Part shown: piece by piece, positions 31,182 through 42,245 of the stretch
Position numbering within the stretch: position 1 is the stretch's first letter
Layout: every line of letters begins with the position of its first letter
Source: Candidatus Tenderia sp.
Lineage (GTDB): Bacteria; Pseudomonadota; Gammaproteobacteria; Tenderiales; Tenderiaceae
Length of the DNA: 64,000 bases
Assembly: GCA_031416075.1 (NCBI GenBank)
Contig: JANOSY010000056.1
Location: 9,872 to 73,871, forward strand
Reading direction: 5' to 3'
The notes under the pieces: generated by a model
Databases searched by the model: none
The model's input: the letters and a program-made list of their open reading frames with translations, nothing else
Told to the model about the DNA's origin: nothing
Translations under genes and position numbers: made by a program

Positions 31182-31774
31182 GGTCTGTTCTTACTGAGTG
31201 TGGATTTAAGTTCTTCCAGCCAATTGGCAGTTGCCACATCTTTATGATCGGTAAGATCAAGGTAACGTTGATAGTGGGGAATGGCCTGTTTTATATCTTG
31301 GAGATAAGTATCATACAGCAGGGCAAGATTGTAATGGGCGATAGCATAGTCATCTTTTTGCATAATTGCCTGGGTATAAAATTTTTCTGCCTGACGAATA
31401 TTTCCTTTTTTTATCTCAATCAAACCGAGCAGGTTAAGCGTCTGCGGAAATGTGGGATCTTTGTCCAGAGCAGTGTTTAGTAGTTTCTCGGACTCCTCCA
31501 CCTTGCCCCGTTTTAACTGCATGATCCCCAGATTGACCCAGACGCCTGTAATGGCGCTATTTTTTTTGGTCAATGACTGGAAAATCTTCTCCGCCTTATC
31601 CGGCTCGTTACTGTTTAGATGGGTAATGGCCTGCTGATAAAGAACACTATCGTCACTCCGGCTGCCATCACTCGACCCAGGCAGCGAATCGTTGCGATTT
31701 TGTGCACTGCAGGCAAATAGCAGTATCAGAGAGCAGGCCAATAGCCATCTAGTGCAATAGGTCAACATAGTCAT
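31178..31774 (-). CDS. TPR lipoprotein (GltE-like by position)
   Basis: Lipobox LFAC and TPR units WVNLGI, LNLLGLI and HYNLALLYD. Confidence 0.85.
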   Translation of the reverse strand: MTMLTYCTRWLLACSLILLFACSAQNRNDSLPGSSDGSRSDDSVLYQQAITHLNSNEPDKAEKIFQSLTKKNSAITGVWVNLGIMQLKRGKVEESEKLLNTALDKDPTFPQTLNLLGLIEIKKGNIRQAEKFYTQAIMQKDDYAIAHYNLALLYDTYLQDIKQAIPHYQRYLDLTDHKDVATANWLEELKSTLSKNRP

Positions 31775-34562
31775 CTACTTTTGCTTCTCTTAAATATCTG
31801 GCGGGGAATAGCAGCTTTAACTGATCATGGCTGCGTTGAATCCATGAGTCAAAAACTCCATCGCTGATATGGGCCATATTGGCTTCGAAAAATTCGATGG
31901 CTTTCTCTTCAAAGGGGAATGCCTGATCTTCGAGCAGCAGGTTGTACTGCTCAAGTTCTTCTTCATTTAAGTTGTTAGGCCGCTCTGACTTTATAAGGGC
32001 ATGGTTAAAGAGCTGGTATATTTCACCAATGCTGTGTTTTGCCTGGGTAGAGGTTTCAGCAACGCCATAGCCAGAGGCTTGGCCAAAAAGTCTGACGGCT
32101 TTTTGCATCGCTGCTTTCTTTTTGTCGAGACTCTCTCCCAGTGGTAGCGTGAGTGATATTGTTTTGTATAAACCAAACTCTTTAATAGCCAGATTGAGCG
32201 CAGCGGTTGAGGTGATGAATTTGGTACGGCTGTTCATGGCATCGCGGGAACCATTTTTGTCCGCATCAAGAATGGCGTGTTGCCATATATCTACGTTAGC
32301 CATCTCCTTTTCAGCTGTGTAGAGGGTGACAAGCTTCTGCATCGCTTCAAGATGTTGGGCGTAAGGCTTCTGGTAGGTAGTTGCAAATGCTTTGTAGGCA
32401 GTAATCGCTTGCGCCGTTTTATTATTTGCCTCATAAAGCTCAGCTGCTTTCCATTGCGCTGCCATTTTGATAGCAGCATCACCACCGGCCAAGGCAATTT
32501 TTTCATACTCCCTGGCGGCGGATATCTCCTGTCCACTCTTCAAATATACGGAAGATAGTTTGATGTTGATCGCGTTGTTAAGTGAATGGTTTGGAAACTG
32601 TGTCTGGAATATTTTTATGTTGCCAATGGCGATATCCCATAGTTCGTTTGTAATCGCCAGATCGATCGCCTCATTTACGGCATCTGGTGCAATGCCCGCG
32701 TCAGGAGCCGCTTTTGATATACGCATTAAGTGCTCAATTGCACTTTGAGTATTACCATTGCTCTTCTCCGACAACCCCTGTTTGTAGATGGATAGTGCTA
32801 GCTGGTTGCCTATCTGGTAGCGGGCTTTATAGGTTGAGCTTGATGACTTTAATATGGATGTATACGTGGTTTCAGCATTGCTGAATTGACCACTTTCGAA
32901 ATAAGAGTGCCCACGTATGGTTTTTATCTCTTCCATTTGCATTGCATCGGCACTGTTATGCACCAGGTTTGTTAATTCAATGGCATTGGCATACTGTTTT
33001 GCTTTAAAGGCAAGTTCAGCGGCATGGGCAATCACCTTGGGCGTTAACTCATCATTAGGGTAAAGCTGCGCATAAGCACGTGAATATTGTAAGTTTCTGT
33101 CCAGGTATGATGATTTTTCCTGATCAGTGCTGGATGATCGGTGTAGCTGGCTGGTGATAAGGATAGTGCTGTAGGCAGCGCGCTTGTTGAGTATGATGTC
33201 ATCGTTGTATGCGGCCTTTTCATAGTGATAAAGGGCCTCTTTGTCACTCTTGTTTTCGGCCAATAACTCGGCATATAAAAAGTGTACGTTATCTTTGCGG
33301 GAATATTGTGAAAAATGGCTAAGGTAGCGTTTATACCACTGGTCAGCGTTTGAAAAATCCTGCTTCTGATGAGTTGATTGATACCTGCTGTGGTAGTTGG
33401 CCATCATCAACAAGGTGTATTCTTTGAGTGAGTTGGCGATGCTCTTCTGTAATGCAGGATTGCTGTCTTCAGTCCAATACGAGCTATCTGGGTTGTAGGC
33501 TGTGTAAAAGAGATCAATCGCATCGTATGTTTTTTGGGTAAAGCCGCTTAATTTCCAACTTTCGATCAGTTTAACCTGTGATTCAGGCACATAAGGTGAT
33601 GAAGGGAAGTGCTCAGAAAAATGGGCCAATGCTCTGGCTGAATCAGAGTAGCGATTCTGTTTTAAATAGATGTCACTGATGCTGCTGTATATATTGTAAA
33701 TATAGCTGAACGCTGGCCTCTCTTTGAAATAAGCGGTTATCTCGTCCAGGTTTTGCATGTACGCAAACGATAGCCCAATGGCCCTGAAGTACTCATTGAA
33801 CAGATCTTTCTCTGTAGAGCTCAGGTTGTCGATGTCTGAGAAGCCGTGGTAAGCAACAGCGTTAATGTAGTCGTCGGCGGCTTCGGCGTAATACTCCAGT
33901 TTCAATCTTGACCAACCACGTTTGAAATAGGATTTCTCAATGAAGCGTTCATTTTTGGGCGTAGAGATCACGTTGGTATAAGCATCATCGGCGGCTATGT
34001 ACTCACCTTTTGAGAAATAGCCTTCGGCAACCCTGAATTGGCTCTCCAAGTAATATTTGGAGCGCGGGTATTTGTTAATGATGGTTGTCAGGGCGGCTAA
34101 TGATGGTTCTATTTTTCCCTGCTGGTCATAAGCATTGGCAAGATTGTATAAAAGCTTGTCATTGCCGCTGGCATTTGGGTATTCCTGTAACGAAGTGGTG
34201 ATTAACGTAATAGTGGTCTCAAGTCTTGCATTGTATGTCTCATCCATGAGTACGGGGCTGTCGCCGGCCAGACTGTTTTTTTCCTGGGCGACACGATTGC
34301 CAAGCTCAAATTCTAATTCGGCAAGACGATTGATGGCGGTTAATCTGGAAATGTCATTTTTTGAGGCGCTGTGCAGATAGTCTGCGTAGGCTTTTCTGAT
34401 GGCGTCGTTGGATGTCTGTATTGATGAGTCACTGTTTTTGCCAATATCGTTATGGACGATGTCAATGTCTGATAGGGTTGCATCTTTGTGTGATGTTGCA
34501 CAAGCAGCCAGACTGATACAGAGCGGAATGATAAGCACTTTATATCTCATACGGTATTTCAC
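31749..34562 (-). CDS. Large TPR lipoprotein (GltD/AgmU-like)
   Basis: Lipobox LAAC, many TPR units, and C-terminal QYNLLLEDQAFPFEEKAIEFFEAN. Confidence 0.85.
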   Translation of the reverse strand: MKYRMRYKVLIIPLCISLAACATSHKDATLSDIDIVHNDIGKNSDSSIQTSNDAIRKAYADYLHSASKNDISRLTAINRLAELEFELGNRVAQEKNSLAGDSPVLMDETYNARLETTITLITTSLQEYPNASGNDKLLYNLANAYDQQGKIEPSLAALTTIINKYPRSKYYLESQFRVAEGYFSKGEYIAADDAYTNVISTPKNERFIEKSYFKRGWSRLKLEYYAEAADDYINAVAYHGFSDIDNLSSTEKDLFNEYFRAIGLSFAYMQNLDEITAYFKERPAFSYIYNIYSSISDIYLKQNRYSDSARALAHFSEHFPSSPYVPESQVKLIESWKLSGFTQKTYDAIDLFYTAYNPDSSYWTEDSNPALQKSIANSLKEYTLLMMANYHSRYQSTHQKQDFSNADQWYKRYLSHFSQYSRKDNVHFLYAELLAENKSDKEALYHYEKAAYNDDIILNKRAAYSTILITSQLHRSSSTDQEKSSYLDRNLQYSRAYAQLYPNDELTPKVIAHAAELAFKAKQYANAIELTNLVHNSADAMQMEEIKTIRGHSYFESGQFSNAETTYTSILKSSSSTYKARYQIGNQLALSIYKQGLSEKSNGNTQSAIEHLMRISKAAPDAGIAPDAVNEAIDLAITNELWDIAIGNIKIFQTQFPNHSLNNAINIKLSSVYLKSGQEISAAREYEKIALAGGDAAIKMAAQWKAAELYEANNKTAQAITAYKAFATTYQKPYAQHLEAMQKLVTLYTAEKEMANVDIWQHAILDADKNGSRDAMNSRTKFITSTAALNLAIKEFGLYKTISLTLPLGESLDKKKAAMQKAVRLFGQASGYGVAETSTQAKHSIGEIYQLFNHALIKSERPNNLNEEELEQYNLLLEDQAFPFEEKAIEFFEANMAHISDGVFDSWIQRSHDQLKLLFPARYLREAKVDDYVDLLH

Positions 34563-35956
34563 TCGGTAAGGCTGCTGTCATAGAGTAATGCAAGGCCGTA
34601 TCTTGATTGAGCTATGTAGCTATTGAGTTGTGTGGCCCGTTCGGTCAGAAACGCCCTGGCGACGTTGATTAACGCATCATTGTAAGCAGCTTCAAGCGGG
34701 TTTAACTGTTGTGTCAATCCAATATCTGTTTGTATTTTGAGTTCTTTAATGTGCAGATAGTTGTCGATGAGCGATTGTGGAAAACGCTGGAGGGTATCCA
34801 TTGGGTATTTGTCTATCATCAATATTTGATTGTCTGTTATTTGAATCGTATTAAGCAGCATGTTGTTTTTTTCTAGCAATGTTTCGATAGCCTGAATCTC
34901 TTGCGTGTAGTGTTCAATTGCGCTGCTGTAGCTGGCCGATGCGGTGAGGCTTTGATCCAGCTTGCTATAGATATAGGGGATTAATAGATAAGATTCTGCA
35001 CTTGGCAGATCATGTTCTTGTTTTTCTTTGAGTATGGTCGCCGCATTCAGGGCTCCCACATAGTTATCCTGGTTGATGGCAGCCAGTGTTATACCGATCA
35101 ATGCTTGATTGGTGTACTGGCTGGTAATGTTTACTTTTCTGAAGGCATCTCGTGCATTTCTATAATAACCTTGGCGCATGAGTGAGTAACCGAGAATAAC
35201 ATTAAAACGATTTTCCAGTTCGCTCAGGCTGCCATTGAGTGGTCGTTTCAGCAGTTCGTTAATGGCGGCGTGAGCATCTGTCCACCAGTCTTGGCGAATG
35301 TAAGCAACGGCAAGGTTTAAAGTGATTTGTGGATGCAGCGTGGATATTGCTGTATTTTTTTCGTAGATCTCAATCGCTTCTCTATGTTTCTTTAACCGTT
35401 GAAGTGCAACGCCATGCATTAAATTGGCGTAATCCGCATCGTTGACGACAAGATCACCAGTAATGCCATCCAGTTGTTCGATGGCTTTTTGCCATTGGTT
35501 TCGCCTCATATAGTGTTTTGCCATGATAAAGCGGGCATTGGAGACGATGGTTTTGTTACTGTCATTCTGAATAGTGGTGAACAACCTGCTGGCAGAGTCC
35601 CACTCATTGTATTTTAAAAGCAGTGCCAGGATGTTGATAACAGCGGGTGAGTCTATATTGCTTTGAATTAGGTTCAGATGTGTGACAATTAAAGTGATGG
35701 CATCAATAGTCTGTTTATTCTGTTGATGTTTCTCTACCGCTTGTATAAGGGGTTGGAAGTTATTATATGGCGTGCTGGTTTGAGTTGATTTTTGTAGGTA
35801 AAACTGTTTTGAAAAGTTTTGATAGAGTTTGTCAAGCTGATCAATGTCGCTGCCGTTTAAGTCCGTTGCTGCTGCCTGACCGATAAGTATGATGCCCAGC
35901 AGGATGGCTCCTGTAGTCTTGGCGAATAGATGCAGATTTGTTCGGTATTGTGGCAT
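34559..35956 (-). CDS. Secreted TPR protein (GltC-like by position)
   Basis: Signal peptide from ATG 35956 ending QAAA, TPR-like helices, and C-terminal QSRYGLALLYD. It overlaps the next gene by 4 bp. Confidence 0.8.
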   Translation of the reverse strand: MPQYRTNLHLFAKTTGAILLGIILIGQAAATDLNGSDIDQLDKLYQNFSKQFYLQKSTQTSTPYNNFQPLIQAVEKHQQNKQTIDAITLIVTHLNLIQSNIDSPAVINILALLLKYNEWDSASRLFTTIQNDSNKTIVSNARFIMAKHYMRRNQWQKAIEQLDGITGDLVVNDADYANLMHGVALQRLKKHREAIEIYEKNTAISTLHPQITLNLAVAYIRQDWWTDAHAAINELLKRPLNGSLSELENRFNVILGYSLMRQGYYRNARDAFRKVNITSQYTNQALIGITLAAINQDNYVGALNAATILKEKQEHDLPSAESYLLIPYIYSKLDQSLTASASYSSAIEHYTQEIQAIETLLEKNNMLLNTIQITDNQILMIDKYPMDTLQRFPQSLIDNYLHIKELKIQTDIGLTQQLNPLEAAYNDALINVARAFLTERATQLNSYIAQSRYGLALLYDSSLTE

Positions 35957-36122
35957 GGTTGGGTATGTTAGATGTGCGCGGCAAATGAGGCGAAAATATA
36001 CCATTTTCGGAGATATTGTGTCTATGCGCCAGGTTCGGTTTGTCGGCGCAGTGGATGATGTTACATCCACTGCTGGGAATTACAATAGGTTGATGTGATG
36101 GGTGTACCGTGAGTTGTGAGTT

Positions 36123-38807
36123 CTATTTTATTTCGTAGAGGAACTCTCCCTCTTCAGTTGTAGTTACATGTATGGTTGAGATGGTTTCCTGCAGCGCCAT
36201 TTTTGATAAACACTCGGTGGCTAATGCTGGCATTAATGTTCGAGTCAGAATGTTTTCAATATTTCGGGCACCTGTGTCAACCTCCTGGCTGCGTGCAACA
36301 ATGTGTAGCAGCACATCGTCATGGTAAGTGAAACGGGCATCGTAATGATTTTTTATCCGTTTTTCTATCCGGGCCATGTTGATTTTGCATATATCCAGTA
36401 GATTATCATCGCTGAGTGGGTAGTAAGGGATGATGGTCGTCCGTCCTAAAAATGCAGGTTTAAAATAATTTAATAGGTGTGGGCGGAAGTTGTCTAGCAG
36501 TGTATCTGGATCGGGCAGCGTTTCGCTTGCGGCACAGATTGCGCGAATATGCTCTTCGGCGGCATTGGATGTCATGATGATAATGGTATTGCGAAAATCA
36601 ATGTCGCGTCCTTCGCCATCTTTTATGGTCCCTTTGTCGAAGAGGTTGTAAAAAATATCCTGCACTCCGGGATGTGCTTTTTCCATCTCATCCAGCAATA
36701 TTACGCTATAGGGTTTTCGCCGTACGGCCTCTGTTAATACGCCACCCTCGCCAAAGCCGACATATCCAGGGGGTGAGCCGAGCAACATTGATATCTTATG
36801 CTCTTCTTTAAATTCTGACATGTTGATGGTGGTGATGTTGTGTTCGCCACCATAAAGCAGATCTGATAGCGCCAATGCAGTTTCGGTTTTACCTACGCCG
36901 CTGGGTCCCACCATAAAAAAGACACCGATAGGTTTGCGGGGGTCGGTGAGGCCGGCGCGGGATGTGCGTATGCTCTGTGCAATAGCATCCAGCGCATGTG
37001 TCTGGCCAATGACACGTTTACCAAGAAGTTCCTTGAGCTTCATAATAGATTGAATTTCATCGGCGACCATCTTTCCAACAGGAATGCCTGTCCAGTTGGC
37101 GACAACCTCGGCAATGGACTGGCTATCAACATTGATCTGGATCATGGGGGTTTCACCCTGTAGCTCAGCCAGTGCCTGTGTGCATTGGTTTAACTCTTTT
37201 TTAATGGTGACGAGTTCACTTTCAGTCAAGGGTGGTGGTGAACTGTTCTGTTTTTTCTGCTCTTCAGTGAGATGGCTGAGTTTAAAGTCCTCTTCGATGG
37301 TTTTCTGAATGGCGTGAATTTGAGCGACCTGTTGTCGCTCTTTTTTCCATTGTGTGAGTTGTTCTTCGAGCCGTATTTCAAGTCTGGATTGCTCTTCTGT
37401 GAGCGCCTGAATTCGTTCATCATGGCCCCCTGTTGTTGCATTTTCGCGCCCCAGAGAGATGATGTTGGCTTTGCATTGAGCTATGCGTCGTTGACTATCT
37501 TCTACAGGCGCAGGTGTTGTGCTTTGGCTTAAGGCCACACGTGCACAGGCGGTATCCAGCAAACTTACCGATTTGTCAGGTAGCTGGCGTGCCGTAATGT
37601 AACGGCTTGATAGGCGCACAGAGGCTACAATGGCATCATCCAAAATTCGGACGCCATGGTGAGTTTGCAACATGTCAGAGATGGCGCGCATCATATCTAT
37701 GGCTTTTTCCTCGCTGGGCTCTTCAATCTTTACAACCTGAAAGCGCCGTGTCAGTGCCGGATCGCGTTCAAAGTATTTTTTATACTCTGCCCAGGTTGTC
37801 GCGGCGATGGTACGCAGTTCACCGCGTGCCAATGCAGGTTTGAGTAAGTTGGCGGCATCGCCTTGTCCCTCTTTGCCACCAGCACCAATGAGGGTGTGGG
37901 CCTCATCTATAAACATGATAATGGGCTGAGGTGATGCCTTTACTTCGGCAATAACAGATTTGAGGCGATTTTCGAATTCGCCTTTGACGCTGGCACCGGC
38001 TTGCAACAGACCAAGATCCAGGCTGCGTACACAGACACCTTTTAACTGATCTGGAACATCACCGGAGGCGATGCGCTGGGCAAAGCCTTCAATGACGGCT
38101 GTTTTACCGACACCTGCTTCGCCAGTGAGGATGGGATTGTTTTGGCGACGACGAATTAATATGTCGATGATCTGACGGATCTCTTCGTCGCGTCCTAGTA
38201 TGGTGTCAGTTTTTCCCTGTTTTGCCTCTAGTGTCATATTGACAGTGAATTTATCGAGGGCGGGTGTCTGGCTAGGGGTACCCGTTGCGCTAGGTTTTGT
38301 ATCACCGTCAAGGGCTGCGTGGCTAAGTGATTCGCTGGTCGAGCCTACAGTTGCGCGAATAACCTCACGCAGAGATTCGGGGGCGATTTTTTTTAACTCT
38401 CCACCGGTGATGGAGGTAGAGCGGCTCAGGCTCTCATCTAACATTAGTGCCCCTAATATGTGGGCAGAGGTGGTTTGTGTGTGACCATACTCTATGGATG
38501 CGAGCATCCATGCTGTTTTTGCCACATCAATAATATTGGTCGACAGTGCTGGTGCGCGGGTATTTCCGGTTTTTATATTGTCCAATTCTCGATTTAATTC
38601 ACGGGTAAAGGTACCTATATTGATATTGAATCGATTTAAAATGGTTAACAGATCGGTGTCAGGTGTCTCTATCAATTTGAGAAGCCAATGTTCTATTTCA
38701 ACATTGTAGTGTGTCCGTGCCATACATAAACCGGCTGCCCCCTCCAGGGCGCTGCGGGTGGTGTGGTTCATTTTGGCGACCAAGGATTTTAAGTCAATGG
38801 TGATCAT
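36123..38807 (-). CDS. tssH: T6SS ClpV ATPase
   Basis: [39 protein letters not shown] and a ClpV-type N-terminus. Confidence 0.96.
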   Translation of the reverse strand: MITIDLKSLVAKMNHTTRSALEGAAGLCMARTHYNVEIEHWLLKLIETPDTDLLTILNRFNINIGTFTRELNRELDNIKTGNTRAPALSTNIIDVAKTAWMLASIEYGHTQTTSAHILGALMLDESLSRSTSITGGELKKIAPESLREVIRATVGSTSESLSHAALDGDTKPSATGTPSQTPALDKFTVNMTLEAKQGKTDTILGRDEEIRQIIDILIRRRQNNPILTGEAGVGKTAVIEGFAQRIASGDVPDQLKGVCVRSLDLGLLQAGASVKGEFENRLKSVIAEVKASPQPIIMFIDEAHTLIGAGGKEGQGDAANLLKPALARGELRTIAATTWAEYKKYFERDPALTRRFQVVKIEEPSEEKAIDMMRAISDMLQTHHGVRILDDAIVASVRLSSRYITARQLPDKSVSLLDTACARVALSQSTTPAPVEDSQRRIAQCKANIISLGRENATTGGHDERIQALTEEQSRLEIRLEEQLTQWKKERQQVAQIHAIQKTIEEDFKLSHLTEEQKKQNSSPPPLTESELVTIKKELNQCTQALAELQGETPMIQINVDSQSIAEVVANWTGIPVGKMVADEIQSIMKLKELLGKRVIGQTHALDAIAQSIRTSRAGLTDPRKPIGVFFMVGPSGVGKTETALALSDLLYGGEHNITTINMSEFKEEHKISMLLGSPPGYVGFGEGGVLTEAVRRKPYSVILLDEMEKAHPGVQDIFYNLFDKGTIKDGEGRDIDFRNTIIIMTSNAAEEHIRAICAASETLPDPDTLLDNFRPHLLNYFKPAFLGRTTIIPYYPLSDDNLLDICKINMARIEKRIKNHYDARFTYHDDVLLHIVARSQEVDTGARNIENILTRTLMPALATECLSKMALQETISTIHVTTTEEGEFLYEIK

Positions 38808-38865
38808 TCCGGCTCTCTCTTTCTGAATATATAGGTACGTTTAAACGTTAATATTTGGAATCGTA

Positions 38866-39960
38866 TTACATTAATCGATCAGCAGAAACTGATATTTCCA
38901 TGGTAGCATTTTCTGCATATACACGATCTTTTTTGCTGGCCAGCCAGGTATTCCAGCTTATACACGGTGGGTTGTGGGAGTCCAGTTTGACTTGATATGG
39001 GATGTCCGATTTCCTGATCTGTATTTTAAAATCGTAATCATATTCCATGCCGGCATATAGCCTTACAATCTCATTCATGGCTTTCAGTGCTTGTGTTCCT
39101 GGTGCAAACTCTTGTAATTGGTCTTTTTTAAGGGGGCCAATAACGATGCTGAACTTTCCTTGGGTGAGCCAGCCTTTTTTTCCAATCATGGCGGATTTTC
39201 CCAGGTTGTTATTTTGACCGGGAGAGACTCTTCCATTAGGGAGCCTTGTTCGCACATCATCAATCAGCTCTTGCCATTGGCCGATAAACTCTCTGATGTT
39301 GATGGGGACATTGAAATGGTTTTGCAATATCTGCTTGAGATTGGCGCTGGTTTTAATCTGTTCTGATAGCAGCCCGCTATAGTAGATAAGGGACTCATCC
39401 TCGATATGCAGCCGGTTATTAAGGCGTGTAGTACCCATCCCTATGAGTGATAGAAAAACTCTTGTGAAATGATCGCTTTTTTTATCAACGCCTGTTTTGC
39501 TATGTTCATAGTTCAGGGCAAGACTGTATTTTGTACTGGCTTGGTAAAATAGTGAGATGGTTCTGTGGTTAAAGAGATCAAAAAATTCTTTTAATGCCTC
39601 ATCTTTTATTTTGAGTCGTTGAAGAATTGTTTCGGTATAGTGGTGTGGTAGCACACCTGAACTGCCCGTTAATCCCATAAAGTTGACATCAACACCCCAG
39701 TGTTTTTCTCCAGCGATATTAACGATGTCGTCGACAGATTCAATCTCTGTGGCAGGAAAGCTGAGTGATTGATTGACTGAGAAGCGTATGGACTCTGCAG
39801 TAGGTGGTGTGAAAAGCCCAACAGGTTTGGATGCAGGGTTTTTATTGAGCGTGGCGGAGCGCTGAATTAGTCTGACAGTTTGTATAAATGTATATTTATA
39901 CGGAGCGCCAGCTAGGTCCTGAATTATAGAAATATCTTTTCGCCGGCGCTGGGAGGGCAT
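38866..39960 (-). CDS. tssG: T6SS baseplate TssG
   Basis: NFMGLTGSSGVLPHHYTE, FDLFNHR and IVIGPL. Confidence 0.94.
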   Translation of the reverse strand: MPSQRRRKDISIIQDLAGAPYKYTFIQTVRLIQRSATLNKNPASKPVGLFTPPTAESIRFSVNQSLSFPATEIESVDDIVNIAGEKHWGVDVNFMGLTGSSGVLPHHYTETILQRLKIKDEALKEFFDLFNHRTISLFYQASTKYSLALNYEHSKTGVDKKSDHFTRVFLSLIGMGTTRLNNRLHIEDESLIYYSGLLSEQIKTSANLKQILQNHFNVPINIREFIGQWQELIDDVRTRLPNGRVSPGQNNNLGKSAMIGKKGWLTQGKFSIVIGPLKKDQLQEFAPGTQALKAMNEIVRLYAGMEYDYDFKIQIRKSDIPYQVKLDSHNPPCISWNTWLASKKDRVYAENATMEISVSADRLM

Positions 39961-41753
39961 TTTTTAAGGTATCCTTCTCTGTTTTTTAGTTTGACCAGTA
40001 CACGGGTAAATGAGTTGATTGAGCAGTATAGGGCAAAAAAGTGTTCCAATATTGTGGCAAATAGATAAGCGCTGCTTCCGGTGAGCTGCTGATCATCCAG
40101 TAAAACCTCAATTTCGGTTCCCCTGTACATGGCCGCACGACCATTGATGGTGAGTGGTGCACTGATGGGGCGGACCTGAATATCGAGTATTGCGTCAATT
40201 AAACCACGGGTAATGGATGACTCTTTGAAGTCATACAGTCGTAATATCTCTTTCAGTGCTTTGGTAGCATTGTCACCACCCACCAGTGATAGATGGTTGA
40301 GATTTAAATGTGAGATTAAGCGCCAGCGGGCATGGTTTCGTAGCGCAGGCCTGACGGTTGCCGATGGCTGTGTCAGGCAGCGGATATTGATGCAGGGTGG
40401 TGCGATGTCAAGGCATTGAAGTTTTGGTTGTGTGGATGAGTAGGGCAGTTTTTCGGGCAGATTGCGGTTGCTGCAGGTAGTGTCTATTACTAGTGTGCGC
40501 GCCTCTGGCATGTCAGGGTTAAAATGCAGATCCACCAGACTGAGGAAGATATCGGTGGCCTCATCTCTGGTGCCGGCGCTCATGGTTGCAGGGCGTCGTG
40601 TGGCGCACCAGAATACTCCGGAGGCCGAGTCACTCTGTTTATGATTTAGCCCGTAGAGCGGTAGACACTCCTGATTGCCTGACGGTGATGTGGCCGTGAC
40701 TTTGTCGACGGAGTAGATCTCATAGCTTTTAGGTCGGCGTGACTCGGGCATTATCTGATGTTCGGAATTGTGGTGGTCTAATTTAATAGGGTCGGCGCGT
40801 AGTGGAAAGAGATTGATACCTGGTGTGGCACCCAGTACAAACATCTCGCCGCTAAGATTATGTTCAAGTTCTATGTTGGTTGATGATAAATAGATGTAAA
40901 TTTCTAGCGTGTTTTTGGCGTTGGCGGGTATGAATTCGGCCAATCCGTTGAGATCGATGAACATGAATTTTTCTGGAAAAGTGAGAAACTCTGTTAATAG
41001 TCGATAACCGACAAACGATGTGGGTGGGTATGGGTAGAGTCCATCATTTGTTCCAAAACCAACGGGTTGTATGGCACTGTTATTGATGGTGATTGATTCG
41101 CCGGTCTCCGGGATGTGCATGACAAGGGTTAGGGCATCCCTTAATAACAGTTCGTAGAGCGGATTAATATATTGAGATTGCCCTTTGAGATAAAAACGAA
41201 TCGTTTCAAGTTTGATATCTGAAAACATCAGTTCATTAGAGAAGGTGGTGAGCGACAGTTTAAGCACAGATTTTGCGCCATTCACTTGGGCGGATTTAGG
41301 TGTTTTAAAGGGGCGTCCGATAAGATGTGCTGACTCAACCCGGATTGGGAGTAGTTCAGTGGGGTAGATGGTTGAAAATTTACAGCTTTCACCCCCAAAG
41401 TGTTCTGTTTCCAAGAGGGTGTTTTCGGCAATAAAATATTTTGAATCCAGCTGTTCTTCATCAGCGATAAACTGAATGATGGTTGATGATGGTAATGGGC
41501 GCTGATAGTGCGGAAAAATCACACTTAGCATCGCATCACTCAACTCAGGAAAATCATCATCCAGTTTATGTTGAATCCGGGCGTTGAGGTAGGCAAACCC
41601 TTCGATAAGCCGGGAGACGTGTGGATCTTCAATGGTATCGGTACTAATACCCAGGCGACCGGCGATCTTGGGGTGCTCTTTAGCAAAGCGAGCACCTAAC
41701 TGCCTGATGTAGGCCAGCTCTTTTTCGTAATAAGGGAGCAGTTCGTCAGCCAT
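39924..41753 (-). CDS. tssF: T6SS baseplate TssF
   Basis: YYEKEL, DPHVSRLIEGFA, LLTEFLTFPEKF, WRLISHLNLNHLSL and SINSFT. Confidence 0.96.
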   Translation of the reverse strand: MADELLPYYEKELAYIRQLGARFAKEHPKIAGRLGISTDTIEDPHVSRLIEGFAYLNARIQHKLDDDFPELSDAMLSVIFPHYQRPLPSSTIIQFIADEEQLDSKYFIAENTLLETEHFGGESCKFSTIYPTELLPIRVESAHLIGRPFKTPKSAQVNGAKSVLKLSLTTFSNELMFSDIKLETIRFYLKGQSQYINPLYELLLRDALTLVMHIPETGESITINNSAIQPVGFGTNDGLYPYPPTSFVGYRLLTEFLTFPEKFMFIDLNGLAEFIPANAKNTLEIYIYLSSTNIELEHNLSGEMFVLGATPGINLFPLRADPIKLDHHNSEHQIMPESRRPKSYEIYSVDKVTATSPSGNQECLPLYGLNHKQSDSASGVFWCATRRPATMSAGTRDEATDIFLSLVDLHFNPDMPEARTLVIDTTCSNRNLPEKLPYSSTQPKLQCLDIAPPCINIRCLTQPSATVRPALRNHARWRLISHLNLNHLSLVGGDNATKALKEILRLYDFKESSITRGLIDAILDIQVRPISAPLTINGRAAMYRGTEIEVLLDDQQLTGSSAYLFATILEHFFALYCSINSFTRVLVKLKNREGYLKKCPPSAGEKIFL

Positions 41754-42243
41754 GACCAAGTTCTGTCACGCTAACACTTCGTGTGACAGACTCCAGAACA
41801 GAGTCGAAAACGACGATTTCTGGCGAAGGGTCGGCATAGAGTACCGCATCAATTCTAAAGCGTAACGCCCGGTCAGTTTTATCTTTATTATCATGGTGTG
41901 TCACTTTTACCGATTTGAAGCGCGGTTCGTATGTTCTAATAACTTTTTCCATGTGACGGATAAACTCTTTTTTCTGATTGGCATCAATAATGTTGATTGT
42001 AGCAAGGTCTGGCAGGCCGTAGTTGAGTAACGAGTGTTCTAACTGCCCATGTTCTGGTGGTGGGCTGACGATTCGATATCGGGTATTGAGAAGTTGCTCG
42101 AGATCGCGGCGCACACTTTGCCGCAGTGTTTTCAGGTTTTGATACCTGTCGGGTTCTGACTCCAGTTTGTTGTGGGGCGCATCATCCAGCAGTCTGTCAA
42201 ATATCGACGGGCGGAGTTTTTTTGATCTATCAATATGGGCCAT
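41746..42243 (-). CDS. tssE: T6SS baseplate TssE (gp25-like)
   Basis: PSIFDRL, RRDLEQLLNTR, NYGLPD and YEPRF. Confidence 0.94.
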   Translation of the reverse strand: MAHIDRSKKLRPSIFDRLLDDAPHNKLESEPDRYQNLKTLRQSVRRDLEQLLNTRYRIVSPPPEHGQLEHSLLNYGLPDLATINIIDANQKKEFIRHMEKVIRTYEPRFKSVKVTHHDNKDKTDRALRFRIDAVLYADPSPEIVVFDSVLESVTRSVSVTELGHG

Positions 42244-42245
42244 TT

